Made by a program: the position numbers and the translations under genes
The notes under the pieces: generated by a model
What the model saw: only the letters and a program-made list of their open reading frames with translations
The model's database searches: none
What the model was told of the DNA's origin: nothing
In this document: piece after piece, positions 22,833-35,867 of the stretch
How the letters are laid out: every line of letters begins with the position of its first letter
How positions within the stretch are numbered: the first letter of the stretch is position 1
Origin: Octopus bimaculoides
Taxonomy: Eukaryota
Length of the DNA: 64,000 bases
Direction: 5' to 3'
NCBI RefSeq assembly: GCF_001194135.2
Contig: NC_068983.1
Coordinates: forward strand, 73,719,095-73,783,094

Positions 22833-23455
22833 AAATTAACTAGTGAAAAAATATCAATAAAACTGAATAATAAAATATTGTGCAGATGTATGATAAAACT
22901 ATATGTACATAGTCACAGTCCAATCACTGAAGCAAGTAAATGAATAGAGGAACAGCAGAATGCATGTGAATATATATATGTTAAAACACATACTGTAATA
23001 TCCAGAAACAATTTTACAGCTGGAATCTGAATAAATTAACAGCATTGGCAGATCAGCAGCAGTAATGAAATTAATTGAATTCAGAAACAACTCAGTTACA
23101 AAATATGTTTGTGTTTCATATTTTTCCATCATTAAATTGTGTAAGCTTACAATGACATTTGAAATATTTCTTTGTTTATTTGTAAGCTGTTCACATGCCC
23201 CCCCTCTCTGTCTTTGTCTCTTTAACACAGATATTTGCTGACATACACATGTGCATACATCTACACACACACACACACACACATTATATGTGTCGATCAC
23301 ATGAAATGGAAGATATTTCAAGGTTAGAGACCTTCTTATTACATAAGACTATTAAAGTAGGTAGAGAAGAAATTATGTTAGAATTCTGAGACATTTGAAA
23401 AGTAAAAGAATATAGATAAGAGCAAGATCCATTGATATGTGTATCTCTTCTCTAC

Positions 23456-23486
<31 letters not shown>

Positions 23487-23519
23487 TGTATGTATATATG
23501 GTTGCTCTTCTGTGCTACT

Positions 23520-23700
23520 GGTACGATGTAGTCCAGTACAACCTGTTCCATGGTTGGGTCATCGGCAACTAAACTGGCAACCCCACCAGGCTTGCTTGGT
23601 GAGGTGGGTGCTTGTTGAACACCCTGCGGGACAAAACATAAGACCCATCAAAGGGTGGAGGAACTACAAAGTAGTCAACGGTCATTCAACTACATGTGTT
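23520..23700 (+). repeat. GC-rich structured fragment, probably retroelement-derived (unclassified)
   Basis: GC-rich island in AT-rich DNA with hairpins 23581-23604, 23606-23624 and 23643-23656. Confidence 0.35.
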
Positions 23701-24343
23701 TATGGAGTGTTTGTGTGTGTGTGTTGTATATATTGCATTTTAAGCTGTGTGTGTGTGTGTGTGCGTGTTTGGTAAATGCTGTATTTCAGCATGTGTATGT
23801 ACATATTTTATATTGTGTGTTTAAACTGTATATATTGTATGTCAATCTTATTTTAAAATTTACTCAGTTTTTATCCCAATTTTTAATTTGTATTTATTTC
23901 TCTCATTTTAATTTTTTTTTTTATAAATAGATGAGGGGTGGATAGAGTTCCTCTGTTTACCCAAGCCAATGGCGAAGGCAGTCTACCTTTCATAACAAAA
24001 CATACACATACACACATTCATACATACATACATACTTATACATGCACAGACAGAAATGAGGGTGTTAGTATACATATATTCATAATGCAACATACAAGAA
24101 AGCATAAGTGTAAATAGAAGATTAATAACTATATTTCAGTTTGTTTGCAATCAGAGCAGTTATTGGCATTCATTACACCATTGCTATAACTTGGCCAATT
24201 TGTTTTTAAACCCTATTATTGTTAATAAATCCATAAATATTAGGGAGTTCACTCAGGTTTGGACTCCTTTATGATATATGAGTATTATCAAAACAACTTT
24301 AAAAAATAACTATTGTGGGAATATATTATAGTTCAATATGTGT

Positions 24344-24617
24344 CAGTGCCGATGGACTGGATCCTGTGCAGGTGGCACGTAGAATACACCATTTCGAGCG
24401 TGGCCATCGCCAGTACCGCCTGACTGGCCCTCGTGCCGGTGGCACGTAAAAGCACCCACTACACTCTCGGAGTGGTTGGCATTAGGAAGGGCATCCAGCT
24501 GTAGAAACTCTGCCAAATCAGATTGGAGCCTGGTGTCGCCTCCTGGTCCACCATTTCTCAGTCAAATCGTCCAACCCATGCTAGCATGGAAAGCGGACGT
24601 TAAACGACGATGATGAT
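24344..24617 (+). mobile_element. Family-D repeat
   Basis: Near-identical to 22564-22832. Confidence 0.85.
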
Positions 24618-24624
24618 GTTATAA

Positions 24625-25963
24625 TGCTTTATTTTTGAAAGCAAAATTTTCCTGTCTTTTACAAGAGATTTTTCAGCATAAAAAAAAACAAAAAAAACAA
24701 ACTGTGTTCTACAGCAGCCAATGTTACTTAGCATTGTCTCAGAACTGCATATACTGTGGGTGAAACTTTGGGGCCCATTAGTTGAATTATCAAATTGATT
24801 TAGTTTTTATTGACTCTAAAATCAATGTAATTCATGATGCAACAAGGGTCTTTGTTAAATTTCAATTCTTTGAGGCTTTTGCAAGCATTGTAGATGGTGC
24901 TGACTGTTGATTCAATTTTCAAAATCACCTCTTTCAACTGCAGATAGTTTGAACAGATTTGGACAAGGTTAGTCCTGACTTCAGGATTTTGCACCGGTTC
25001 TTTTGCTCTCTGCACCGTAATGCTTTTGTCCTCAAAACTCTCTAGAATTTTTGTAACTTCTGCTAGTTTCTTGACATAGTAATTGCAGGCATCCAACCAG
25101 TGACCTCACCTAATCACAAATGGCTGAGCTGAGGAGTTGATTGTTTTGAATTGCTCTCGATAGAGTTCGTTTTTTACAGTAGCAACCTCGATGGTGGCAA
25201 TCAGATAACTGACTGAACGATAGAAAGCCTTTATTTTTAGAGCATAGTTGTGCAGTAGTTTGGAGAAGCAGGTTACATGGAAGAGCTTAGGGTACATAAC
25301 ATGCAACGTTTATCCAGCAGTTACCATATACCAAGCAGCATCAGACAATAAGAGGAGAACATTTTCTCTTGGAACTGTCATACTTTTTAGCAAATCATTG
25401 ATGATCTGAGCAGTGACTGTGGCAGTTAAAGCTGATTTGAGTGTTAAACATTCTATTACTAGCGTGTTTTGCTGATTTTTAGCTGAATCAGCGAGTACAT
25501 TAACAATTTTTTTGTCATCGATCTCACTTTCATCAACAATTAAAAATACATTTTGATCATCCAGGTAGCTCTTGCAATTTTCAGCCATGGTTGCACTAAG
25601 CATGTAGATCGAAATGGTAATGGCTTATTGATAGAATCAAAGAGACTTCTCATACTTGGATTAGTGTGCTTGTGCAAAACCTTAAGAAACACTTTGGTCA
25701 CTATTGTACCCCAAGATTTATTGCTTTCAATAAATTTAAATGATTTGATTGGTGACTGTTCAGTTTTTGTAGTCTTTTAAAGATAGTTTTGATGTTTTTT
25801 GCTCATTGTATGTGACTCAACAAAATTCCTTTGACATCACATTTGACATCAATGAGGTACAGTCTGCAGTATAATTGGTTATTGTGACTCAATACAAATT
25901 CTTTAGAGAATTTTTCTATAAATTCAAGAGCCGTGTCTTCTGACTTGTTTTTGGCTTTGGCAT
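24625..25963 (-). pseudogene. Degenerate hAT-superfamily (CGGBP1-like) transposase
   Basis: MPKPKTSQKTRLL..QLYCRL..(zinc-finger-like), FLIVDESEID..NVL, VLLLLSDAAWYMVTAG, YPKLFHVTCFSKLLH, VIR*GTWLDACNYY, and C-terminal AAVEHS (ERSFS-like). Broken by stops and frameshifts. Confidence 0.8.
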
Positions 25964-26386
25964 CTGTGTTAAAAACAAGAAAATCATAATAATCAAAATT
26001 AGAATTACTTGGAACAGGAAAAAGTAGTGCAATAAGAGAACTCTACACTTAACTTCAAAAAGACCTAGCAATGCAACAGTTAAAGAAAATGTTTCAATTC
26101 AATTAACCTTAGATAAAAATTTGCATAATTGTTAACAACAAAATTAAATGTTACATAAAAAAATATATATCGTAATATTATTGAGAAACAACTAGCACAC
26201 TGTATATTTAGTGAAAAAAAATAGCAAGGAAAAGAACTTACTTTCGATAGTAAATTTAAAATTCCAAAATAACAGGCACAAAGAATTAAAACTGTAAGTA
26301 AATTCACTTACAAGTGGATGGTGATAAATAATTCTATTCTTAAAGAGGCCTGTTTCATGAATCGGAAAAAAAGATGCAGATGATCA

Positions 26387-26594
26387 ATATTCTTTTCTAC
26401 TCTAGGCACAAGGGCCGAAATTTTGGGGAAGGGGACAAGTCAATTAGACCAACCCCAGTACACACAACTGGTACCCATTTTATCGACCCCGAAAGGATGA
26501 AATGCAAAGATGAACTCGGCGGAATGTAAAGACAGACGAAATACCGCTAAGCATTTCACCTGGCGTGCTAATGTTTTTGTTACCTCTCCGCCTT
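26387..26594 (-). mobile_element. Family-B SINE, young copy
   Basis: CpG-retaining copy: TTTATCGACCCCGAAAGGATGAAA..CTCGGCGGAAT..ACCGCTAAGCATTTC. Confidence 0.85.
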
Positions 26595-27092
26595 AAATAG
26601 AATGTAAACATTCTTCTCTACTCTAGGCACAAGGCCCACAGATAATCAATATTAGCAGTTGGTATCGATCACCAATAACTAATATAGGTAAAAGTAGTTT
26701 GAAGTCAGAAATTTATCATACAGAAATACTATTCAGACATGCTAGATTTTTGTTTGTGTTCAAATGACTGGACACACACATGGTGTCATATAATTTCCAG
26801 CATAAGAGGGTAGGATAGCCTATAGGGAGTGCTAAAAATAGCTCTGAAGTGGTAGTCCAATACAACAGCTTTACTAAAAACTAGCAGAAATATATATCAA
26901 GTTTAGGTTTAATCAATACGTAAAAAATACATATCAACGAAGTCATTTATTCTTTTTAATATCTAAAAAAATTCTTTTTAATAAAACTTCATTTTTAAAC
27001 CTTATTTTAACTTTGTTAACTTCAAAAAGTGATTAATTACGATGACCAATCGTAAAAAAAGTTTATCTTTGGCTGTAACCTTGAAATGAACG

Positions 27093-28272
27093 TATCAGAT
27101 CATCCCTTAAGTACTGTCCGATTTTACCTTTTTTAAAATTGAATGAAATTTAAAAGTATTTTAGAATGTCTAATGGAATTAAAAATTACTTTTATTTGTG
27201 AACATTTAAACTAATTAAATATTATTTTACAGAATAATTAGAATTAAAATTTCTTTGATTAAAACCCTTTCTAACATGGAATTATCCAAAGAGCATTTGA
27301 GGCCCATAATGCTTTATGAGTACAAAAACGGAAACTCTGCAGCCGAAGCGACTCAAAACATACTCAGTTTATGGGAAAGAATGCTTGAATGAAAGNNNNN
27401 NNNNNNNNNNNNNNNNNNNNNNNNNNNNNNNNNNNNNNNNNNNNNNNNNNNNNNNNNNNNNNNNNNNNNNNNNNNNNNNNNNNNNNNNNNNNNNNNNNNN
27501 NNNNNNNNNNNNNNNNNNNNNNNNNNNNNNNNNNNNNNNNNNNNNNNNNNNNNNNNNNNNNNNNNNNNNNNNNNNNNNNNNNNNNNNNNNNNNNNNNNNN
27601 NNNNNNNNNNNNNNNNNNNNNNNNNNNNNNNNNNNNNNNNNNNNNNNNNNNNNNNNNNNNNNNNNNNNNNNNNNNNNNNNNNNNNNNNNNNNNNNNNNNN
27701 NNNNNNNNNNNNNNNNNNNNNNNNNNNNNNNNNNNNNNNNNNNNNNNNNNNNNNNNNNNNNNNNNNNNNNNNNNNNNNNNNNNNNNNNNNNNNNNNNNNN
27801 NNNNNNNNNNNNNNNNNNNNNNNNNNNNNNNNNNNNNNNNNNNNNNNNNNNNNNNNNNNNNNNNNNNNNNNNNNNNNNNNNNNNNNNNNNNNNNNNNNNA
27901 CTGTCAGCAATTAGAGCATTTGAACCAAGCTTTGAAGAAAAAAAGACCCGCTTTAGTGAATCGAAAAGGAGTGATGTTTCATCAGGATAATGCATGACTC
28001 CACACTGCAAAGATCACATCACAGAAGATCGAAGAGCTTGGTTGGGAAAAAATTCCTCATCCACCTTCTTCTCTCGACCTTGCTCCTTCAGACTACCATT
28101 TGTTTCGTAGCTTACAGAATCATTTGGGGGACATAACTTTCGCAAGCTAGGAGGTCGAAACTGACATTTCAGAGTTCTTCGCTTTGAAAGCAAAAGAGTT
28201 TTACATTGAAGGGATTAAAAAGCTTGTAAATAGATGGAAGGAAGTCATAGGTAATCGGGGAAAGTACATTGA
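27093..28272 (+). mobile_element. mariner (DD34D) element, defective, spanning a gap
   Basis: TIR-like TATCAGATCATCCCTTAAGTACTGTCCG; N-terminal YEYKNGNSAAEATQN..VYGKECLNE; C-terminal FHQDNA*LHTA..LGWEKIPHPPSSLDLAPSDYHLFRSLQNHL..RWKEVIGNRGKYID. Confidence 0.9.
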
Positions 28273-28309
28273 TAGGCGCAGGAGTAGCTGTGTGGTAAGT
28301 AGCTTGTTT

Positions 28310-29676
28310 AGACATTTGTGTGTTCCTTGAGTTAAAAGTTGAAATATGTGGAATAGCATTTTTTCTTTCTTTTTTGTACTTGGATGTTACTTTGATTGGC
28401 TTCCTGAGTTCCAAATTCTATCAGCTTTGTGGGATATTTTCTTATAAGTATTTTTCCATTTCGTCTAGTCTTCGGTCTTTTGTTCAAGAGTTTTACGCAA
28501 TTGTACAGAATCGTTTTGCTGGAGTGAATGGAATATACCTTTGAGTATTTCGGGGGACATTATGTATTAAGGTTGTATTGTCACGAGTTGGTGGGCTTAA
28601 ACTATATGTCCGTTCCTAGTATTGTATTTCAGTTTGTTATTAGAATGTGAAGGTTTATGTTTATGAGATTTTGAACTTTGTTTCAACCTGTCAATACTTT
28701 CCCTCCATAAAATGAAACAATCGTCTAGAAATCTCTTCCAGTTGTCTTTCAAGCAGCTATTCGACTCCATAAATACCGGAAGATTTTTTGTAGGTTCTTG
28801 GTTCACGGCATCCCATGATTAAGTTGACATGATGGAACAAATTTCGTTCCCATCGTTGTTCTTTGCTCCTGATTTTGGTGAAAGGCAGTGATACCAAATA
28901 TGAAATAATTGTTTTCTAAAGTGAATTGGGGGCTATCTACAATAAATTTTCTGTCTATGCATTTTGGTATTTCGTAAGAAAGTGAATGTAGACAATATTT
29001 TATTGCTTCGATTCCATAATCGGTAGGAACGCTGTTGTACAGTTTTACATCATGTATGACAATATAGGTATTTTCGTTTACTGTATTAGGTAGATGGTTG
29101 AGTATATCAAAACCATCTCGTCTAAAGTTCTTTATGCATTTGAGGAAAGGTTTCAGCAGAATGTCTAGGAAATCACTTAAGTCATGTGTTTCACACGATG
29201 AGCCTGCTGCATTGGGTCGCAATTTTAGATCTGATGGTTGCGGGATGTTCACACAATTTGTTTATGTTCCTTCATATGTTTCATTCATTAGTTTATTCTT
29301 ATTATTTGAGGTAGTTCATAGAAGTTGCTTGTTATATATTTGAAGTTTGTTGGGTGGTCCAGCTCTTTATAAGTTAAAGAATTTCGGTTTGGAAGTAATA
29401 ATTTTCATAATTATCTTCACAGTAAATATTATCTTGTAACATACTCAATACCATATTCTTGTAATAACCTGTACCCACATTAACAACTGAACCTTCTTTA
29501 TCAGTTTCTTCGATGACTATATACTTTTCATATTATAAATCTGTTAAGTGGGTACATTGTTGTCTACTAAAGTTAGATTTTATTTGCTGTTTTCCGTTTT
29601 TCTATGAAAGTTTGATTATGCTCGCAGAATTAATCGAGAGCCGCATTACTTGTGCACGCGCACAAACACACACACA

Positions 29677-29712
<36 letters not shown>

Positions 29713-30100
29713 NNNNNNNNNNNNNNNNNNNNNNNNNNNNNNNNNNNNNNNNNNNNNNNNNNNNNNNNNNNNNNNNNNNNNNNNNNNNNNNNNNNNNNNN
29801 NNNNNNNNNNNNNNNNNNNNNNNNNNNNNNNNNNNACACACACACACACACACACACAGAGAAAACTAGTTGGAATTTAGTTGGGGTTATCTGAAGTAAT
29901 GTTGATGGAAAATAAAGGGAAGGAACAAATTTTGAATACACGCCAACAAAGGAAGTATGTGCGTAATGACCTTGGGGGTAAAACTTCCGAGGCATTTAGA
30001 TGGCTCTCTGACTACTTATATCTTCGGCCAGCATTAAGTGAGAGAGACAGGTTTTGTGAATCCTTATTCTATACAACTGTCCACCATGACTGATTGAATA
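28310..30100 (-). pseudogene. Penelope/Poseidon-type PLE reverse transcriptase relic
   Basis: ETDKEGSVVN..YYK, SNFYELPQI, LKLRP..AGSSCETH.LS.FLDILLKPFL, LYNSVP.DYGIEAIK, LENNYF, TTMGTKFVPS, WKRFLDDCFILW, RKYPTKLI. Interrupted by (CA)n and a gap. Confidence 0.85.
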
Positions 30101-30899
30101 TAGGCAGAGGAACGTATCACAGAAATGAAAGAAGTGCATTTATATACAAGAGGAAAACTCGTGTCTTTCTAAAACAATAAAAATTTCTCTAAATTACTTT
30201 AAAAGGAGAGGTATAAAGTTAGAAACTTTTAAAAATATCTAGGAATGGTTATATATGTACAATGTATACACATGCGCGCATGTATTAAGTTAGAAAACTT
30301 TAAATACCTAGAAGCGATTATGTATATATTATGTATGTATTTTATTATACACACACACATATACAAATATGCATACATGCGTGTACACACATTCACACAC
30401 ACGCGCATACTCATACACACATGTGCCTCACTGAATATTACCTTCAGTTACATCATCAAAACTCGTCCAATTAGCATTCCACCTCATTATACAGCACATG
30501 CCTCTCTCATACAATTCTAGTTGCATATTTTTTTGTTAATCTCAGAACGTGACACCAAGCTTTACATCACAAACCAACCTGCCAGTTCTAACTCACATAT
30601 AAAATCCGTAGAAGAAATCCACTACCTTGAAATACATACGAACAGAAATATCATCAAACCCTCTCGCATGTAAACCACTTTCCCACACTCTTCGAGATTT
30701 CTGAATAAAATAAATACAACCTCCGTTTTAAAAGGATCTCACATGACTATGATTGATACTACAATGATTGTAAACCATCGACCTTTTCAATATCCCTTTT
30801 TTTTTTACTGAGGTTACATACCGTGAATATTATACTTTTAAATAACACTTTCACGTTATGCATTCTGACTTAACACGAAGGAAAAAATCTAGGAAAATG

Positions 30900-32030
30900 A
30901 AAGTATAAAAATAGAAAAAATTGTAGGTAGAATCCTCTCTTAAAATTATAGCCATACTCTCCAGAGTACATTGCCAAAAGCTGTTTCTCCCCAAGACTTT
31001 GAACTTTATTAAGAGACTCAGGTTGAAAGCTTGTTATTTTGGAAATAGTGACAGCAAAACTATATATAAACTCAAAGATAACTTCAGATCAACAAAATAT
31101 TCACTCTTTAACATACTTTTCGCTAAATTCAAACAAACTTTCTTCCAAGCATTTAAAAACATACCTACACAAACAATTTCCAGATGAAAAAAAAAAACAA
31201 AACGACAACTAAGAACAGACCATCATTACATTCTAGAATCAAGGAATTCACGTGCACTCAGACAAAACAAAAGTATTGTACGAATCAAACCTAGCAATTT
31301 GTCCCAAATCACCGACTCTATTTCCAACTCATAAACGGAAACTCGTCGCAAAACTCTTATTGATATGAACACGGAAGTCGTACAAATTATCACAAATCTA
31401 TCTATGAATGGTATAGTAGGAATTCGTGTACAAAAGAACTCAATCATTACATTTAAAGGCCGCAAACCTAACATCCATACTAACTGGTTATCATTGCTAA
31501 TCGATCCGACTAATTTCTCCAACTAGGTAAAGAAAGAAAACTTTAGACTGTATATCTATTAGGAAAAAATCACACCTCACAATTTATATACAACCCCGCC
31601 ACAAATGCGGTATTAAAATTGTTCAAGATCATACAAAAGAAAGACAACCATACATTCACATTGCAATTTTACCAACTACTACACTTCTGTTATCAAGAAC
31701 CTTTTAGAAACGCTTCCCTACACTACCAATTCTCTCCCATCTGCAATAAAACTGAAAACAGCACCCTACACTCAATGAAAATATTACTCTCATTCAACAA
31801 CGACATATTTCAATAAAAAATAAACTCTAACGAACTCTTTAACATCAACAGGAGAGCGTTCGATTCCACTATGGTAAGGGACCTGGTTGGCTTATTTCTT
31901 TCCCACAAAACACACTCTAAATACACTCCAATCAACGGAGGCATCTACAGTAATGATGACTTTTTGATCCTAAATACTAAAGAATTGAACAGGTTAAGGA
32001 AAGATATTTCCTTCCAAACATTTCTGCTTT
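30900..32030 (+). pseudogene. Highly degraded PLE RT of a second type (FITLKDHK / GLYRDDG group)
   Basis: NFIKRLRLKACYF, ITFKGRKPN..LLIDPT, VLKLFKIIQKKDN.TF, LHSMKILLSFNN, FDSTM.RDLVGLFL, GIYSNDDFL..NRLRKDI. Confidence 0.65.
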
Positions 32031-32047
32031 ATCGTTATAGCAAACAT

Positions 32048-32207
32048 TACTTGTTTCAGTCATTTGACTGCGGCCATGCTGGAGCACCGCCTTTAGTAGA
32101 ACAAATCGAACCCAGGACTTATTCTTTGAAAGCCTAGTACTTATTCTATCGTACTCTTTTATGGGGACGTAAACACACCAGCATCGGTTGTCAAGCGATG
32201 GTGGGGA

Positions 32208-32286
<79 letters not shown>

Positions 32287-32414
32287 GACGGGCTTTTTTT
32301 TTAGTTTCCGTCAACTAAATCTACTCACAAGGATTTAGTCGGCCTGAGGCTATAGTAGAAGACACTTGCCCAAGGTGCCACGCAACTTCTTATCACACAG
32401 CCACTCCTGCGCCT
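32048..32414 (-). mobile_element. Family-A SINE
   Basis: Tail, (CA)n centre at 32210-32283, 5' half with deletion. Confidence 0.85.
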
Positions 32415-32443
32415 ATTTCATGAATGAGGAAAGAAAATGTGCG

Positions 32444-32471
<28 letters not shown>

Positions 32472-32479
<8 letters not shown>

Positions 32480-32610
32480 TTTTCTTTCCTCATTCCTTTC
32501 TGTCGAAGAGTGTATGATCGAAACGTCAAAGACTTTTCCATTTTCACTGAGCGTGAAACTGATACTTGTTTGTTGTTCCTTCACCATTTTTTTTGTTTTT
32601 GTACATTTTG

Positions 32611-32612
<2 letters not shown>
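32472..32612 (+). mobile_element. Solo PLE-terminal-like fragment with a minimal HHR variant, inside (TA)n
   Basis: CTTT CTGTCGA A GAG..ATC GAA ACGT C AAAG at 32496-32531; homologous to 63718-63850. Confidence 0.55.
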
Positions 32613-32651
<39 letters not shown>

Positions 32652-32677
32652 TGTACATACATACATATATACGCACG

Positions 32678-32712
<35 letters not shown>

Positions 32713-32789
32713 ACACAAGCACACACACGCACACAGCCACTCACATGCACACACATATCAAACACTCATAATTTTCTTTGGATAAAGTA

Positions 32790-33330
32790 ACTTTCGTGGA
32801 TGTGGTATAAGGTTTTCATTCGAATCTGTAGTTCTTAACATTGCTGTGAAGAATCCATTTCCCATCTCAAGACATGATCAGTTTTGTAGATAGTGTTCTG
32901 TGGTTATTGTGCATGCGGCGATTCATAACAGTCAAACCTTTGGTGACTATTTACCGCTGAAAAAGCATGAGAAATCCCTTTCGCTTATTTTGAAACCTAT
33001 CCTAGCTTCTTCAAACGATTATCAATGACTACAATGCTAGCATTAAATTCAGTGGAAAGCTATCTCCCTAGTACAGCAAGAATCCTTGCAACTATTGCAT
33101 TATCTAATTCGGAAGGAAGTACTGATCTAAATTCATCAAATAAGTTGAAATTGTCACACCTGAATTTTCCTTCTGTAAGTCCTTTCATTCACTGTATCTT
33201 GATCATAAGTCTTTTGAACATTTTTGTATGATTCGCTTGAATTAGAAATTCGATGAAACTCATAAAGCATAAAGTGACAAATATTCTCTTTGCTTGGTTC
33301 CATGGTGGGTTCTTCATATAGAAAATTATA
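32790..33330 (-). pseudogene. Degraded PLE RT-EN linker and GIY-YIG fragment
   Basis: KNPPWNQ (WFNPP-like), QNTIYK, GFFTA..NL.PH. Many lesions. Confidence 0.45.
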
Positions 33331-33503
33331 TTAAAATACGGTTGTTGCTCTGCGGAAGCTCTTCATGAAATGATTATGCATCAACGAATACTACCAATAT
33401 TTACTGTGTTGAGAAATAAAAGATAGAAAAACAACACGCAAAAATCCGAAAAAAAAAATAAAGAAGGTTTCAATAGGCTCAACTTCGTAATCTATACACC
33501 CTG

Positions 33504-33542
<39 letters not shown>

Positions 33543-33796
33543 NNNNNNNNNNNNNNNNNNNNNNNNNNNNNNNNNNNNNNNNNNNNNNNNNNNNNNNNNN
33601 NNNNNNNNNNNNNNNNNNNNNNNNNNNNNNNNNNNNNNNNNNNNNNNNNNNNNNNNNNNNNNNNNNNNNNNNNNNNNNNNNNNNNNNNNNNNNNNNNNNN
33701 NNNNNNNNNNNNNNNNNNNNNNNNNNNNNNNNNNNNNNNNNNNNNNNNNNNNNNNNNNNNNNNNNNNNNNNNNNNNNNNNNNNNNNNNNNNNNNNN

Positions 33797-33836
<40 letters not shown>

Positions 33837-34192
33837 TATATACAGGATGTCACCAACAGTAAACAACATGAAATACGAAAACAAATGAGTTAAATACACA
33901 AACAACGAGAGAGAAAATGGAAATCAGTATATACACACACACAGAGAAACATACATACATATATATATATACATATATACATACATACATACACGCACAT
34001 ACACACACATATATATACACACATACAAGAACATAGCTTCTGTAATAAACTTCTTTGTGTGTGCGTGTATGTGTGTGTGTGCGTGTGCGTGTATGAGTGG
34101 GTGGATGTTTATTTTATCATTCCAGTTCGCCAGTGCAGTGCCAATAACCAGTTGCTAGAATTCAATATATTTCCTCTCTCTCACTCTGTGCA

Positions 34193-34228
<36 letters not shown>

Positions 34229-34489
34229 CAACCATCCATACATACATAATACATACATACATACATACATACATACATAAACATATTTATCTACATATAT
34301 GCAGATGTGTGCATATATATATTCTTAATTCTATGCCGGTGACATTCCTGTTTGTGCATGTATCCCGTATACTTACCTGTATATTTGTATATGTCTATAT
34401 ATATCCATAAGTGTCTATGCATCTATTTGTGTACATGTATATGTGCACTCGGTTATCCATACCTAAACTTATGCCCGGATCAACCGATA

Positions 34490-34871
34490 TACGAAGGGGT
34501 ATTCAAAAGAAACCAGAAATTTGCAATGTTATTTTATTCATTTAGTTTTACATGTTAACACTTTTATCGCCTTCAAAGTATTCTCCATTTGAAGCAATGC
34601 ATCGGTTCAGACTCATTGGCCACTGTTCGTAGCAGTGCTGGAACTCTTGCGAAGTGATGCCTTTTAGCACCTCCGTCGTTTTGTTTCTTCACCGGCTTCC
34701 GTAGTACCAGCTTTGATTACCAGTGTTGACCTTCGAAAACGGGTCCCAATCAATTTCCAACTGTTCTTTCAGTTCACGACACGCATTCAGTCGCAACTGC
34801 TTTTGATCTTCTGTGAGCAAGCGAGGCGTAAATTTTGCTGTAACTCTTTTCATTCGCAATTCCTCGCTCAA
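34490..34871 (-). mobile_element. Internally deleted mariner with 3' TIR
   Basis: LRMKRVTAKFTPRLLTEDQKQLR..TGNQSWYYG joined directly to EFQHCYEQW..NRCIASNGEYFEGD; TIR TA|CGAAGGGGTATTCAAAAG. Confidence 0.85.
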
Positions 34872-35803
34872 NNNNNNNNNNNNNNNNNNNNNNNNNNNNN
34901 NNNNNNNNNNNNNNNNNNNNNNNNNNNNNNNNNNNNNNNNNNNNNNNNNNNNNNNNNNNNNNNNNNNNNNNNNNNNNNNNNNNNNNNNNNNNNNNNNNNN
35001 NNNNNNNNNNNNNNNNNNNNNNNNNNNNNNNNNNNNNNNNNNNNNNNNNNNNNNNNNNNNNNNNNNNNNNNNNNNNNNNNNNNNNNNNNNNNNNNNNNNN
35101 NNNNNNNNNNNNNNNNNNNNNNNNNNNNNNNNNNNNNNNNNNNNNNNNNNNNNNNNNNNNNNNNNNNNNNNNNNNNNNNNNNNNNNNNNNNNNNNNNNNN
35201 NNNNNNNNNNNNNNNNNNNNNNNNNNNNNNNNNNNNNNNNNNNNNNNNNNNNNNNNNNNNNNNNNNNNNNNNNNNNNNNNNNNNNNNNNNNNNNNNNNNN
35301 NNNNNNNNNNNNNNNNNNNNNNNNNNNNNNNNNNNNNNNNNNNNNNNNNNNNNNNNNNNNNNNNNNNNNNNNNNNNNNNNNNNNNNNNNNNNNNNNNNNN
35401 NNNNNNNNNNNNNNNNNNNNNNNNNNNNNNNNNNNNNNNNNNNNNNNNNNNNNNNNNNNNNNNNNNNNNNNNNNNNNNNNNNNNNNNNNNNNNNNNNNNN
35501 NNNNNNNNNNNNNNNNNNNNNNNNNNNNNNNNNNNNNNNNNNNNNNNNNNNNNNNNNNNNNNNNNNNNNNNNNNNNNNNNNNNNNNNNNNNNNNNNNNNN
35601 NNNNNNNNNNNNNNNNNNNNNNNNNNNNNNNNNNNNNNNNNNNNNNNNNNNNNNNNNNNNNNNNNNNNNNNNNNNNNNNNNNNNNNNNNNNNNNNNNNNN
35701 NNNNNNNNNNNNNNNNNNNNNNNNNNNNNNNNNNNNNNNNNNNNNNNNNNNNNNNNNNNNNNNNNNNNNNNNNNNNNNNNNNNNNNNNNNNNNNNNNNNN
35801 NNN

Positions 35804-35867
<64 letters not shown>

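Noticed and set aside
30700-30745. Shared AATAAAT(A/G)CAACCTCCGTTT motif at ~30710 and ~38655 as a regulatory signal
   Set aside because: More simply two old copies of one unclassified repeat; too degraded to interpret.
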